This document shows positions 41,750 through 51,486 of a stretch of DNA of 64,000 bases, in pieces (within the stretch, counting starts at the first letter, position 1; each line of letters begins with the position of its first letter). A model generated the notes under the pieces. The model saw only the letters and a list, made by a program, of their open reading frames with translations, searched no databases and was not told the DNA's origin. The stretch is from Tortispora ganteri (lineage: Eukaryota): NCBI GenBank assembly GCA_003707115.1, contig PPNB01000004.1, positions 248,001 to 312,000 on the forward strand, written 5' to 3'. The translations under genes were made by a program, and so were the position numbers.

Positions 41750-44700
41750 TCAACGCGCCTTGTAGTCCTCGTATATAGGCTCAACTTTAGGCCATTCCAC
41801 TCTATGCCCGACTTTTATGGCTTCTTCCCCTAAACGTTCACGGACTTCCCAGTATTCTCCAAGGAATCGCCAATACTCCGAACCAGTAATGGGATGCTTA
41901 CTTTTTCTGAACCATCGTGGCTTATAGCTTTGACCTTTTTGTTCTCGTTCTCTTCGTCGGGCCCTCTGTGCCTCCTCTAGTCTCACTTTATCATTCGCCG
42001 CTTTATCGTAATCGCCATCCTCCATGGCACGTTGATCTGGACGGAGTCTTGTGTCAGTAGGTGCTACCCAAGGGAGAAGGCGTTCAGGAAGCGCGTTCAG
42101 TGACACCGCAAATTTTGTCAAATAGAAAGGAAGTTCAGGACGGTCATGCACCTTCCAAACCAAAAATGGTTTGCTCGTTCTATCAGAAACTCCTTGCTCA
42201 AATTTCGAGGCAACATATGTAAGCTCCTCCGCAGTAAATGAATTCGTTCCAGATATCGATTTACCTGTAATACGCTTCGCAATTAATCTGGAGTTCCATT
42301 TACCACCAATTGACCATACTGCTCCACCTTTAGAGTTAAAAACTTCACCTCTAACCTCAAATGCATTAGCTCCTCTCCACCCTCGGGCCTTAAAATGCAA
42401 AATGCATCTGTCTCCAGTGGTATGATTAATCACTTCCATATCTCCATAATTGTCTACAACAGGAGAACCTGTAATGATTCCGACAACAGAGGTATTAACC
42501 TTCTTCCACGTATAGAGCTCTTCTGGTGCTTCAAACGGTCTGAGCTCTAAAAACCACGTTCCCAGAGGATTGATATCAAAACTGCGTCCATTAAATTTAG
42601 ATTTTACCGCACTTTCACCATAGTAGGTCCAAAGTGGTGATTCTGCATATGCTGCACTAACCGGGGGATGATGGCTAACTTGCTCAACAAAAAATCTAAA
42701 TAAATGATCGGGCCTGCAATATTCATAAGTTTCTCCTAAAAGGGGATTGAATGGTTTGGCAACCCGTTTAGTAGTTGATGCATATTCGCTAGCTGCAAAT
42801 GCAGCTACGAAAACCATTCTTAAAGTTGAGTCAGAACGTATAGCAGCTTTTTCAAGAAGATCTGTATATTCTAAATCTTCAGCAACACGCTGCAGTAAGC
42901 TTGTGCATTCGTTAAAGGAAACGGGTAGAGTCATTCTAGTCATATCTTTTCCGATCAAGTTTTTCAGAATTCCCCAAAGGCTAATAGTAGGACGATCATC
43001 TACTGAAAGTCTAAGTCTATCGCGTGGAGGGTCTTCATATCCGTGGAAAGACGTCCGTATTTCTTTCAGCTTCTGCAATTGCGCTGAAGATGCTGATGCC
43101 AATATATCAGTGATCTTTCTGGAATCTAGGACTTCTAAACGTTCAAGCAGTTGTGCCAGCTCAAGAATCATGGGGTCAGCAGGTTGGATTGCTCGTGTGT
43201 CAACTTCAGAATGCCTATTAATATCTTCCGGCTCAGGAGAAAGATCCTCGTCCTTGATATCATCAATGGCGTCGTAAAACTCATCATCACTACTGTCGTC
43301 AAACACATTCTTCAATTGAAGTTGCGGCAAAGAAGATTTTCTAGAGTTCTCGACATTCTTCAGAGCTAATCGTACTTCATCTGCAACTGTATGTCCATCC
43401 TCAGCGTTTGTAGCATTTACAGTAGCCACAACAGATTTTAATGCCCTGCGTGCTTCTTTCTTCTCCTCAGATAATTGAAGTAAAGATTTCTCATATTCTT
43501 GAACTCTCTCTTCTAATTTGAGAATATTTTCTTCCCATAGAGACCTCAGATTCTTTTCCCGCTGCAGCTTTGCTTCCAGCGTTTTAGTTTCTAAGTCAGC
43601 AGCTTGTAAAATCTTGGAAGTCATCTCACTAATCTTAGATAAACCACGCATGACCGTAGAGTAAACCTCTTTATACGGTTCTGTATCGAATGCATCACTT
43701 GAATTTCTCAAAGCAAGTTCATTAGCACTAGAAACAATTCCAAGCAACAAATCAATATCTATCAGCAATGATCTTCCTAGAACGGAAAGAGGCGTCTGAC
43801 TGAAAGACTTGCCTAAGTCATCCGGAGATTCGTCTCCTGACGCAGCACTATCATCAGCATCTTCATAAAAGTCTTGCGCAGATTTGCTCGGGCCTGATGC
43901 AGAAAGAGAGGGAGATGAAGACTGTACAGACTGTACAGACTGTATGTCTAACGAAAGCGTGGAATCGTGCAATGACGACAAAGACAAATTGGTGCGATGA
44001 CCTGAACTTAATGTAGCCGATTGGCGCCCTTCTGATGAAACGTGGAACAATGGGGAATTCTCCTTAATTTTACCAGCTGCGACATCTTTAGAATGCTGGA
44101 TTGCTTGTTGTAAAGACCATATCCATCGCCTGGCCTCAGCAGGATGATTGGCTTTAAGATGAAAGCGAGTCGAACCTTTTCCTGCCACGGTAAAAGACTG
44201 TTTTTCACTGCTATCAACCTTCAAAGTGGCAATCCGCATATTGATAGATCCGCGACAGGCGTTTTGCGTATCATCTTGGTTCTTGTAGTAACTGAGAACA
44301 TCATTCTCAAGTACAAAGTAGCGCAGTTTATACCCGTTACGATAATTTGTCCATTTCTTCAGATATCCTTTAAGAGACCCTGAAGCAAGTATGCCAGGAT
44401 CAGTTTCGACAGAGAGATTCTTTGAGGCAGATTTCAGCAATTTTCGAACTGCGTCATCCTTTGTATAATCAATTGGAAGCTTTCCTTTGCTATCACGTCT
44501 AAAAGGATCTCCCCCATTGTTTAGAATAAAATCGATCATTTGAATGTTACGCGAAGAGACCGCCTCATGTAGTATAGTTAGGCCGGTATCCGGATTTTCA
44601 CCATTGATATCTATCAGAGAAGCTGCACGATGATTCGATAATATGCTCTCCAATGTAGCAATGTCGTTATTTCGAAAAGCATTCAAAAATTTTGTTGCTA

Positions 44701-45139
44701 CTTTCTCGATGTATTGAGCCCGAAGAACTTGCATAATCTGGGCAAGCTGCGGGGAAGGAGCAAGTTCCACCGCTTGCAGATTATTGGCATTGCGAATAGT
44801 ATCGTCTATTTCAGGAATATTGAGTAGAAAAGAGACTACATCTGCTCTTTCAAGATATACAGCAGTATGCAAGGGAGTGTTACCAGAATCATCTTGAAAG
44901 TTGAGACCTATAAGGTCGCTTGTAGCTTTAGGATGGCAAACGATCTGCTGAATAGTCTCAAGAGAAGCAGCTTGAACAGCCAACATCATCAATGAAGGAA
45001 TCGCAATTTGAGTTTTTTTGTTAGTAGCCAGTTCATTGAGTAAGTTAGATAATTCCGTGGAATCTGCTTCCTGTAAAATTTGAATTGCCTTGTATACCTT
45101 TAATGTGGCACCAAGCTCTCCGGTAATATCATTCGCCAT
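41750..45139 (-). CDS. Oxysterol-binding protein homolog Osh1/Osh2 (ankyrin-PH-FFAT-ORD)
   Basis: Ankyrin repeats (GNTPLH), PH 'KGYLKKWTNY', FFAT 'DDEFYDA', ORD signature 'EQVSHHPP' and 'PTDTRLRPDQRAME'. Confidence 0.95.
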   Translation of the reverse strand: MANDITGELGATLKVYKAIQILQEADSTELSNLLNELATNKKTQIAIPSLMMLAVQAASLETIQQIVCHPKATSDLIGLNFQDDSGNTPLHTAVYLERADVVSFLLNIPEIDDTIRNANNLQAVELAPSPQLAQIMQVLRAQYIEKVATKFLNAFRNNDIATLESILSNHRAASLIDINGENPDTGLTILHEAVSSRNIQMIDFILNNGGDPFRRDSKGKLPIDYTKDDAVRKLLKSASKNLSVETDPGILASGSLKGYLKKWTNYRNGYKLRYFVLENDVLSYYKNQDDTQNACRGSINMRIATLKVDSSEKQSFTVAGKGSTRFHLKANHPAEARRWIWSLQQAIQHSKDVAAGKIKENSPLFHVSSEGRQSATLSSGHRTNLSLSSLHDSTLSLDIQSVQSVQSSSPSLSASGPSKSAQDFYEDADDSAASGDESPDDLGKSFSQTPLSVLGRSLLIDIDLLLGIVSSANELALRNSSDAFDTEPYKEVYSTVMRGLSKISEMTSKILQAADLETKTLEAKLQREKNLRSLWEENILKLEERVQEYEKSLLQLSEEKKEARRALKSVVATVNATNAEDGHTVADEVRLALKNVENSRKSSLPQLQLKNVFDDSSDDEFYDAIDDIKDEDLSPEPEDINRHSEVDTRAIQPADPMILELAQLLERLEVLDSRKITDILASASSAQLQKLKEIRTSFHGYEDPPRDRLRLSVDDRPTISLWGILKNLIGKDMTRMTLPVSFNECTSLLQRVAEDLEYTDLLEKAAIRSDSTLRMVFVAAFAASEYASTTKRVAKPFNPLLGETYEYCRPDHLFRFFVEQVSHHPPVSAAYAESPLWTYYGESAVKSKFNGRSFDINPLGTWFLELRPFEAPEELYTWKKVNTSVVGIITGSPVVDNYGDMEVINHTTGDRCILHFKARGWRGANAFEVRGEVFNSKGGAVWSIGGKWNSRLIAKRITGKSISGTNSFTAEELTYVASKFEQGVSDRTSKPFLVWKVHDRPELPFYLTKFAVSLNALPERLLPWVAPTDTRLRPDQRAMEDGDYDKAANDKVRLEEAQRARRREREQKGQSYKPRWFRKSKHPITGSEYWRFLGEYWEVRERLGEEAIKVGHRVEWPKVEPIYEDYKAR

Positions 45140-45413
45140 GATGAAACTGGCAATTTACAGATTGAGCAACTCAATTTCTAGTTAATATGTGGTTTATTAT
45201 GTAGTAAAGGAAAATAAATGGCCAAAAAGGTAGTATTTAGCCGTAGAATAGTGTAAATAATTGAAGAAGTCAGCCAAAAAATAATGCAGCTTGGGGGATT
45301 TTAGGCCTTGATTCAGTATTCGCGGTGAAGTGGACTGGGAAGTATGTCATGTGATTTCCTGATTAGGAAGTGGGGCTGGGTTATAAGGAGGGTAATAAAA
45401 ACCATATAAATAG

Positions 45414-48113
45414 TCATTCTTTTGGTAAAACGTCGTCGTCTGCCGTTTCAATTATAGGAGGCAAATTACCCAGAATCTGCAATTGGTATGTTGTCTCAGC
45501 TGCATTGCTTCTATTGACACTTTTAAGCATCATAGTTCTTAATCGCTCTGACACATTGGCTCGTAGCCGTCCCAATAAATACGGTCTGAGGCTCTCGACG
45601 GGCCAGGTGTCGGAAGCTTGATCCAGGACGTATTCTATGCTGTAATACCTACCGAATTTTTTCAATAGAAATGTTACAAAGTCATTCGACTCTTCAGAAT
45701 CCACTAAGCGCACGGCGTGCTCGAACAGATTATGTACAGAAGCTTTGAGCTCTGGGGAATCCTCCGGGAGCTTGTCGGTTATCCTTAAAGCTTCCTTGTA
45801 ATCTTGCACTTCGTGAATAGTCATTTCGTAGAACTCGTCGAGCTTTCCCTCACTTGCAGAAATAATAGCTACTTCAGTCAGCAAAACCTTCTCGGAGGGC
45901 TGAAGAATATCACGCAGCGATTGTGCGTCTTCCTTCGACAACGAAACATCTCTCAGGAGTTTCAGTGTGTTATAGCGCATATCTGCAAGAGGTCTTATGG
46001 CAGTAGAGATGTCTGCACTCGGAGAATTCCAATAATCTATGTATGAGGGCTTAGATAGTCCAAGCTTTCTGTAATCGTTGTAAGTCTTTTTGACTTCTTT
46101 CGCAAATAAAGCATTGTAAATGACACAATTGTTGAGCTCTTTACAATATAATGTAAGCAGTTCTTGCACAATTTCTTGGTATTCTAAGGATCCTGGAGAA
46201 AGTTTTGCTAATCGCTCCTCTAAGAAAATCTTCAGCGTGTTTCCACCTATGTCCCTAACTTTCTTGAGGATCAAGCTAGTATCAGCATTTGCAATTGGAT
46301 TATTCAAGAAAACGTTTAGGCCCAATTCAGGATTCCTTTTAACAAGCCATATACCATACTCCCATATGCAAGCATGGTCATCGCAGTTTTCCAGAAAATC
46401 AGCCATTTGCTGTTCTCCGTTGACAAAATCAGGATCATACGCCTCACCTTCCAGCAATTTTACCCATGTGGCACAAACTTGCCGATACTTTCCCTTTTTT
46501 TTCAATAATATAGAAAGTGCGTAATACCTTTTGGCTTCTTCAAGCATGTTTGCCGCTACAGAAGTCGATTCTATGACATTCTCCTGAACAAAGTTTAGCA
46601 GCTCATCGGCTGACCCGCCTTTAGTAAGAAGAAGCTGAAGGTAAGCAATTTCCACACATTTAAATATGAGCTTTGACTGCTCAGATGTTTCATACTCTTT
46701 TTTTTCAAACCATGAAGCCAAAAACATTTTAAAGAAAGCAAGCGACTCCGCACTTCCAATATGTTTTAGTTTCTTGGTAGATTTGATAATCTCCAACACT
46801 CCGGCAAATACCCATGGGGGAGAGTTAATTTCCAGCTCTGAGTATAGAAATATCACAATTCTCGGATCGATTGAAGTTGAGTCCCAGTGTTTCAAAGCAT
46901 CTTCGTATCGCTTAGCAGCTATATACGTAAAACCCAGCGCCTGTTGAATATAAGAAATCTGGAGAAATTGGGATTCCGTTGTAGTTTCCCGGATAAGGAC
47001 ATCTAACTGAGTAAGAGCATCTTCAAATTTTGAACTAAGGATGAGCTCTTCTAGCTGAAAGAGTGGTGGAGGCTGAATGATAGTGGAAAGAGCGCCGTCC
47101 TTCCTTCTGCAGAGAACTACCTGTGACGATACCGATGCCATTTTCACCGCTATTTGATGTTCTTGCTCTATTTGTGATTCCAATTCTTTGGATGGTATTA
47201 ATGGAACCATAGCAATTTTGCTAGCTAAAGGCAGGAAAGGTATTTCTATATCTGTCAGTACGGGCTGCAGAAAGTATTCCGAGTTGTCGGGCAATGTAAG
47301 AGATAATGAGAAGGACTGACTGCACGTATTATGCAAGTTGATTTTGTGATTATATATGGCGGCAATTTCTGTTTTTAGAGCAGCAATAGAAGAAGGGTAG
47401 GATTCCCATGTGATTGTACCTCTAGTAATATCACCCTCTGAGTTGACGAATATGCCTACAGCAGGTTGATTGCTTCCAGAGGTAGTTGCAAGTAGGAACT
47501 CGTTGCTTGGAAGTTTTGCAAGAAGGGGAGTAAACGTACAGGTTGAATCTGGGTCCGATATAATGGGGAAGAGAGGTATCTTTCTGCCATTCTCGATATC
47601 TAATATATCGTAGTTGGTAGGTGTAGCAACTAATGCAAGGGATTTGTGCTGTGAACCAACAATTGCATTAGCGTAGTCAATATTTCTAACTAATTTGACT
47701 TTTTCACGATCGATATGGACTATTCTTACTGCAGTAGATGTGAAAACAGTGACTAGCGCATACGAGTCAGGTTGAGATAGCGGGTCATAACACATTCCTT
47801 TTACGTCTTTGATACGTCCAAGAGATAAAGGTGACAGTTCCGGTAGCGAGAAGAAAGATATTTGTGAATTGGAAAGTATCAAAGCCCTTGAAACGTGCGG
47901 TAGCAGTATGAATGAGTCTATTGGTGAACCTCTTGATGCCGACACATATATCTTTGCAGCGTGAACAAAAATAGATGCAGCTGAATCGTAAAAGTAATGC
48001 ACTATTTCACCATTTTGTGTACCAAAATACAAGCTTGAATCGGAGTATTCAACAGCTGTTATCGACGAGGAAGAATCTACTGAAGATAATATTTCATGTA
48101 TAGTATAAGGCAT
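45414..48113 (-). CDS. Vps3/TGFBRAP1-like (Vps39 family) CORVET subunit with N-terminal CNH beta-propeller
   Basis: 'LYFGTQNGEIVHY', 'FFSLPELSP', 'GIFVNSEGDITRGTITW', 'IDPRIVI', 'WEYGIWLV..NPELGL.VF'. Confidence 0.78.
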   Translation of the reverse strand: MPYTIHEILSSVDSSSSITAVEYSDSSLYFGTQNGEIVHYFYDSAASIFVHAAKIYVSASRGSPIDSFILLPHVSRALILSNSQISFFSLPELSPLSLGRIKDVKGMCYDPLSQPDSYALVTVFTSTAVRIVHIDREKVKLVRNIDYANAIVGSQHKSLALVATPTNYDILDIENGRKIPLFPIISDPDSTCTFTPLLAKLPSNEFLLATTSGSNQPAVGIFVNSEGDITRGTITWESYPSSIAALKTEIAAIYNHKINLHNTCSQSFSLSLTLPDNSEYFLQPVLTDIEIPFLPLASKIAMVPLIPSKELESQIEQEHQIAVKMASVSSQVVLCRRKDGALSTIIQPPPLFQLEELILSSKFEDALTQLDVLIRETTTESQFLQISYIQQALGFTYIAAKRYEDALKHWDSTSIDPRIVIFLYSELEINSPPWVFAGVLEIIKSTKKLKHIGSAESLAFFKMFLASWFEKKEYETSEQSKLIFKCVEIAYLQLLLTKGGSADELLNFVQENVIESTSVAANMLEEAKRYYALSILLKKKGKYRQVCATWVKLLEGEAYDPDFVNGEQQMADFLENCDDHACIWEYGIWLVKRNPELGLNVFLNNPIANADTSLILKKVRDIGGNTLKIFLEERLAKLSPGSLEYQEIVQELLTLYCKELNNCVIYNALFAKEVKKTYNDYRKLGLSKPSYIDYWNSPSADISTAIRPLADMRYNTLKLLRDVSLSKEDAQSLRDILQPSEKVLLTEVAIISASEGKLDEFYEMTIHEVQDYKEALRITDKLPEDSPELKASVHNLFEHAVRLVDSEESNDFVTFLLKKFGRYYSIEYVLDQASDTWPVESLRPYLLGRLRANVSERLRTMMLKSVNRSNAAETTYQLQILGNLPPIIETADDDVLPKE

Positions 48114-48257
48114 GTATGGTGTTACGTGAGGTTAAGTTTCTTGAACTGCTCATAGAAAAAAAAAGGCAATAATAGCCAAGCCAACAAGAGCAGGGTTAAT
48201 GAACAGCATTTATCTAAGATAAAATTACATATATATCAGATAATTTATTTATTTTAT

Positions 48258-48509
48258 TTACAAAGAATTCATAATTTCAAATCCAGGGTCAGGTTTGCGG
48301 TCCTGTTTGATCTCTTGCTTAGTTTTTCGATCGTTAACTGTATCCACTTTGACGAGTTCTTTGACTTTGAATATTTGCCCTGATATTGCAGGGTTTATGT
48401 TGTGATATACAATAGACCCACGTTTTCCAAGACCTAGACTCTTTAAAACGGCATAGTATTTGTCCGGTAAACCTATAGCGGACCGGATTTGTGTGATTCT
48501 ATAGAACAT
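48258..48509 (-). CDS. MRPL33: Mitochondrial ribosomal protein uL30m (MrpL33), intact copy
   Basis: 'FYRITQIRSAIGLP..LKSLGLGKRGSIVY..GQIFKVKELVKV..RKPDPGF'. Confidence 0.93.
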   Translation of the reverse strand: MFYRITQIRSAIGLPDKYYAVLKSLGLGKRGSIVYHNINPAISGQIFKVKELVKVDTVNDRKTKQEIKQDRKPDPGFEIMNSL

Positions 48510-48531
48510 TTTGTCGATGGGAAAGGTGAAC
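48278..48531. repeat. 254-bp direct repeat, copy 1 (other copy 51487-51740)
   Basis: Manual alignment: ungapped, 13 mismatches in 254 bp, offset 3209 bp. Confidence 0.95.
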
Positions 48532-49499
48532 CTTTCGACAAAGTCTATCTATCGAATATCTTTAGAACCAACAACATTACAATGAAATTATATTAAATTT
48601 CATATAATAGCATATATGCATTACTTTTAGCATAATATCTAACCTGCTTTTATTATTTTCTCGGCGAGTTAGACAAAAAGAGGATTTCGTGCGGTCACAC
48701 GCTCTTTGCTTTCCGTTACCTTCATAAATTTATGTTGACTAGCTATCGAATAAGTGCACATTATTGAGATCTCCTTTTAACCATCTTTTAGAGATTAGAA
48801 TCACTCATAATATATTCATCTATGAACTGATTATTGGAGATATCGATTTTCCTATGATTGAAATCCTCAATTAGATCTATCGGTGCGTTCGCAGCTCTGT
48901 TATTAATTTTTCTGTCGCTGATATTATCTATATATCAATCAAATTATTCAATAATTGTTTGAACATCTTTTCTTATACAAGAAAATTGATTCCCAAGTGT
49001 TAATTACTTTCTTGTTATTCAAAAAATGATCAATGACTCTTACATGCTTTTCATATTCGCACAATATGTCTTCTGGAGGAACTAGGAACTTATCCCCTCC
49101 AAAGTCTCAGATAAAATCTTCAGGATAATTTTAAGGCATTTACATGGCGTTTGTCACGCAGAATTTTCAAGCTGTTTTTATTTCCTCTTCGTTTCTGAGC
49201 TTTATTAAGATACCTTTACTAAGTCACATCGATATAACTCTAGATCAGGAAATTTATTTTGAGAGTTTGCAGATTGTGACACATAAACTGTCTATTTTAT
49301 TTCTTTTAGGAGATTATCTCAGATTGAAAGGAAAGTTGATTTATAATAGTTGCATTGGTGTGTCCTATTTGTGGGAATCAAAACGAACTTGCCAATCAAG
49401 CCTATATTTGTTTCAACATGTATACATATTTACATTATCTATATGTATTTATTGTTTTTGTTTTTGTTTGATTAAGACTTACTTGTGCATCAAAACTCT

Positions 49500-50081
49500 T
49501 TATACTGCTCTCGGATATCCATCTTCTAGTGCTAAAAGACCGTCCTTCCAGAAAGCACAGTAGGGAGTTCCATTTTCACGAGTACCTTCAAGCACAAGCA
49601 TACCTCCGCCCATTATTGATGGCCCGAGATAAAAATTATATTTATCAAAGTTATCCAAGACGTTCATCAGATATTCTTCAGCCTGGATTTGAAATTTGTC
49701 AACTTCAGTAGGTTTAGTCAGGCGCAGAACTTCCTTCAGACGCTGAATATAATGTGTCATATAGATATGGCACCATATCTTACTGTGAGGAAGAATATTT
49801 AGACCAGATGTATATACAATTTCATTTGGCGTATAATACATTTCAGTTAATGTATTGTCGCCGCTTTCGTCTGTCTCACTTGGTGCGTTCTTTTGGCCAC
49901 CATAGTATTCATTTCCGTCAAGTAGAAGTGTTAAGGTGTCAACTTCAAACACAAAATCATTTACATCTTTCTTTTGAAAATCACCACTTAGAAGAGTGTC
50001 TTTAGAGAAGAGATCTATATACACAATTTCTCCGCTGCAGCTAGTCATAAGCCATGCCGCAAACAGCAAGAGAGTACGCAT
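49500..50081 (-). CDS. Divergent TCTP (Tma19) paralogue with a predicted N-terminal signal peptide
   Basis: Aligns end to end with TMA19 (about 30% identity by eye; e.g. NFDKYNFYLGPS..GMLVL..RENGTPYCAFWKDGL). Extra 17-aa leader MRTLLLFAAWLMTSCSG; TATAAAAA ~60 bp upstream. Confidence 0.85.
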   Translation of the reverse strand: MRTLLLFAAWLMTSCSGEIVYIDLFSKDTLLSGDFQKKDVNDFVFEVDTLTLLLDGNEYYGGQKNAPSETDESGDNTLTEMYYTPNEIVYTSGLNILPHSKIWCHIYMTHYIQRLKEVLRLTKPTEVDKFQIQAEEYLMNVLDNFDKYNFYLGPSIMGGGMLVLEGTRENGTPYCAFWKDGLLALEDGYPRAV

Positions 50082-50348
50082 TATATGTTATTTTGCAAGT
50101 CTATTGGGTTTAATGGTATAAGTGGATACTGGATCCTCTTTTTATATGTTTTTTTCTTGCAGAACTTCATTATTTTTTGAGGTCAAAAAACAGCTGCCAA
50201 GCAACTTTTAAATTTGTCATATTCCGCTTTTGGACATTCGACAACATTTTAAAGAAATAAACTCGTTAGTATCATATGTCAAACTTGGCGTTCTATTTTT
50301 GGACATTGTTCATGAGCAATTTACTCAAATTGTTTGCAACATGTCATA

Positions 50349-50359
50349 TTTTTGTGACA
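50349..50359 (-). promoter_or_regulatory. MSE-like (Ndt80-type) element TGTCACAAAAA upstream of the TCTP paralogue
   Basis: Reverse complement of tttttgtgaca matches YGNCACAAAA; lies ~270 bp upstream of the ATG at 50081. Confidence 0.35.
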
Positions 50360-51486
50360 TATGTGACACTTGTCTATCATTGACTACAAACTCATTATAC
50401 ATCAGTAATCATGACTTCTTAGTTGATCGACTTCATTCAGTTTTGATCTACAACACAAGTATCCCCAATGGAACAATGATGAATAATCAGAAGATTACTT
50501 GTGCAATTAAACCTAAAACTCACTAACTTCCTGTTGTGAAAATATGTCTACTATCACAATGCACTGAGGTGATCGGCTATCAATGGCAAAACACAATGGA
50601 TCGAGTGAGAAAGTGATATCATCTATATTGGTGATATATATGACAGTACCCGATTTTGACAATGATCAAGATTGACCTCATATTGGTAATTTATGTTTGC
50701 TTTTCATCAATCATAACGTGGAATGGATACGAATCAGCAATATCACATCTTAAGATTTATTTTTCATAGTTTTCAGAGGTGACATTTTGGCAAAGTAAAG
50801 CGTTACTTTTTTTTACATAAGGAATTTAAACTGAAAAAATCCGAATGTTTAGTGACTGATGAATACCTCACAAACTATGTGCATTACGCCTACATGTGGT
50901 TCTTTTGCACTAACTGGCACATTACCCTACACGAAAAACTGATTCAATTGACGTTCCCTCATTGCTTTGTGTTAGAATGAGCTGCTGAAGTGACTATACG
51001 TATGACAGTCACCGACCACAAGCGCAAGTAGCATTGTGAATTATGATTCATCAGAAATTTATTACTCATGAATTTCGAACGGGAATAATATTCTGGTGTC
51101 CATTCTTAATGGTTCAGTCCTATATTTCTCATATTTGGCTTCTTCTCCTCAAGCTAAACTGGTAATAATCAGCTATGCCAAGGATTCAAATGTCATTTTG
51201 CTACATAACTGAGCTTAGAACCATAATATGTTGAATGCAGAATTTCGACTTCAAGAATACGGAATGACCACTTTTATTGCTCAACTAAGTTCCATATCAA
51301 TTTCATTGGTGTCAGATCAACCAAGAAGATTTCAATGAACCACATAGTACAAAGACGATGTCGTTAACTCGGCCTTCGTGAATGCAAATTCCGACGCTAA
51401 ATAAAGCGCAGATATAGATGTTGGTGTAAATAAGAATAATACCAGCAGTGAAAATATCTAAGTCGATTATGCAAAATACATAAAAG

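Noticed and set aside
43919..43946. 9-bp tandem repeat (AGACTGTAC x3)
   Set aside because: Ordinary coding microrepeat (QSV) in the OSH linker.
49030..49095. FLVPPEDILCEYEKHV resemblance to type I restriction specificity subunits
   Set aside because: Match too short to support a family call without a search.
50230..50526. 98-aa plus-strand ORF in the island
   Set aside because: TTG start, lies across the TCTP-paralogue promoter motifs, no recognisable features.
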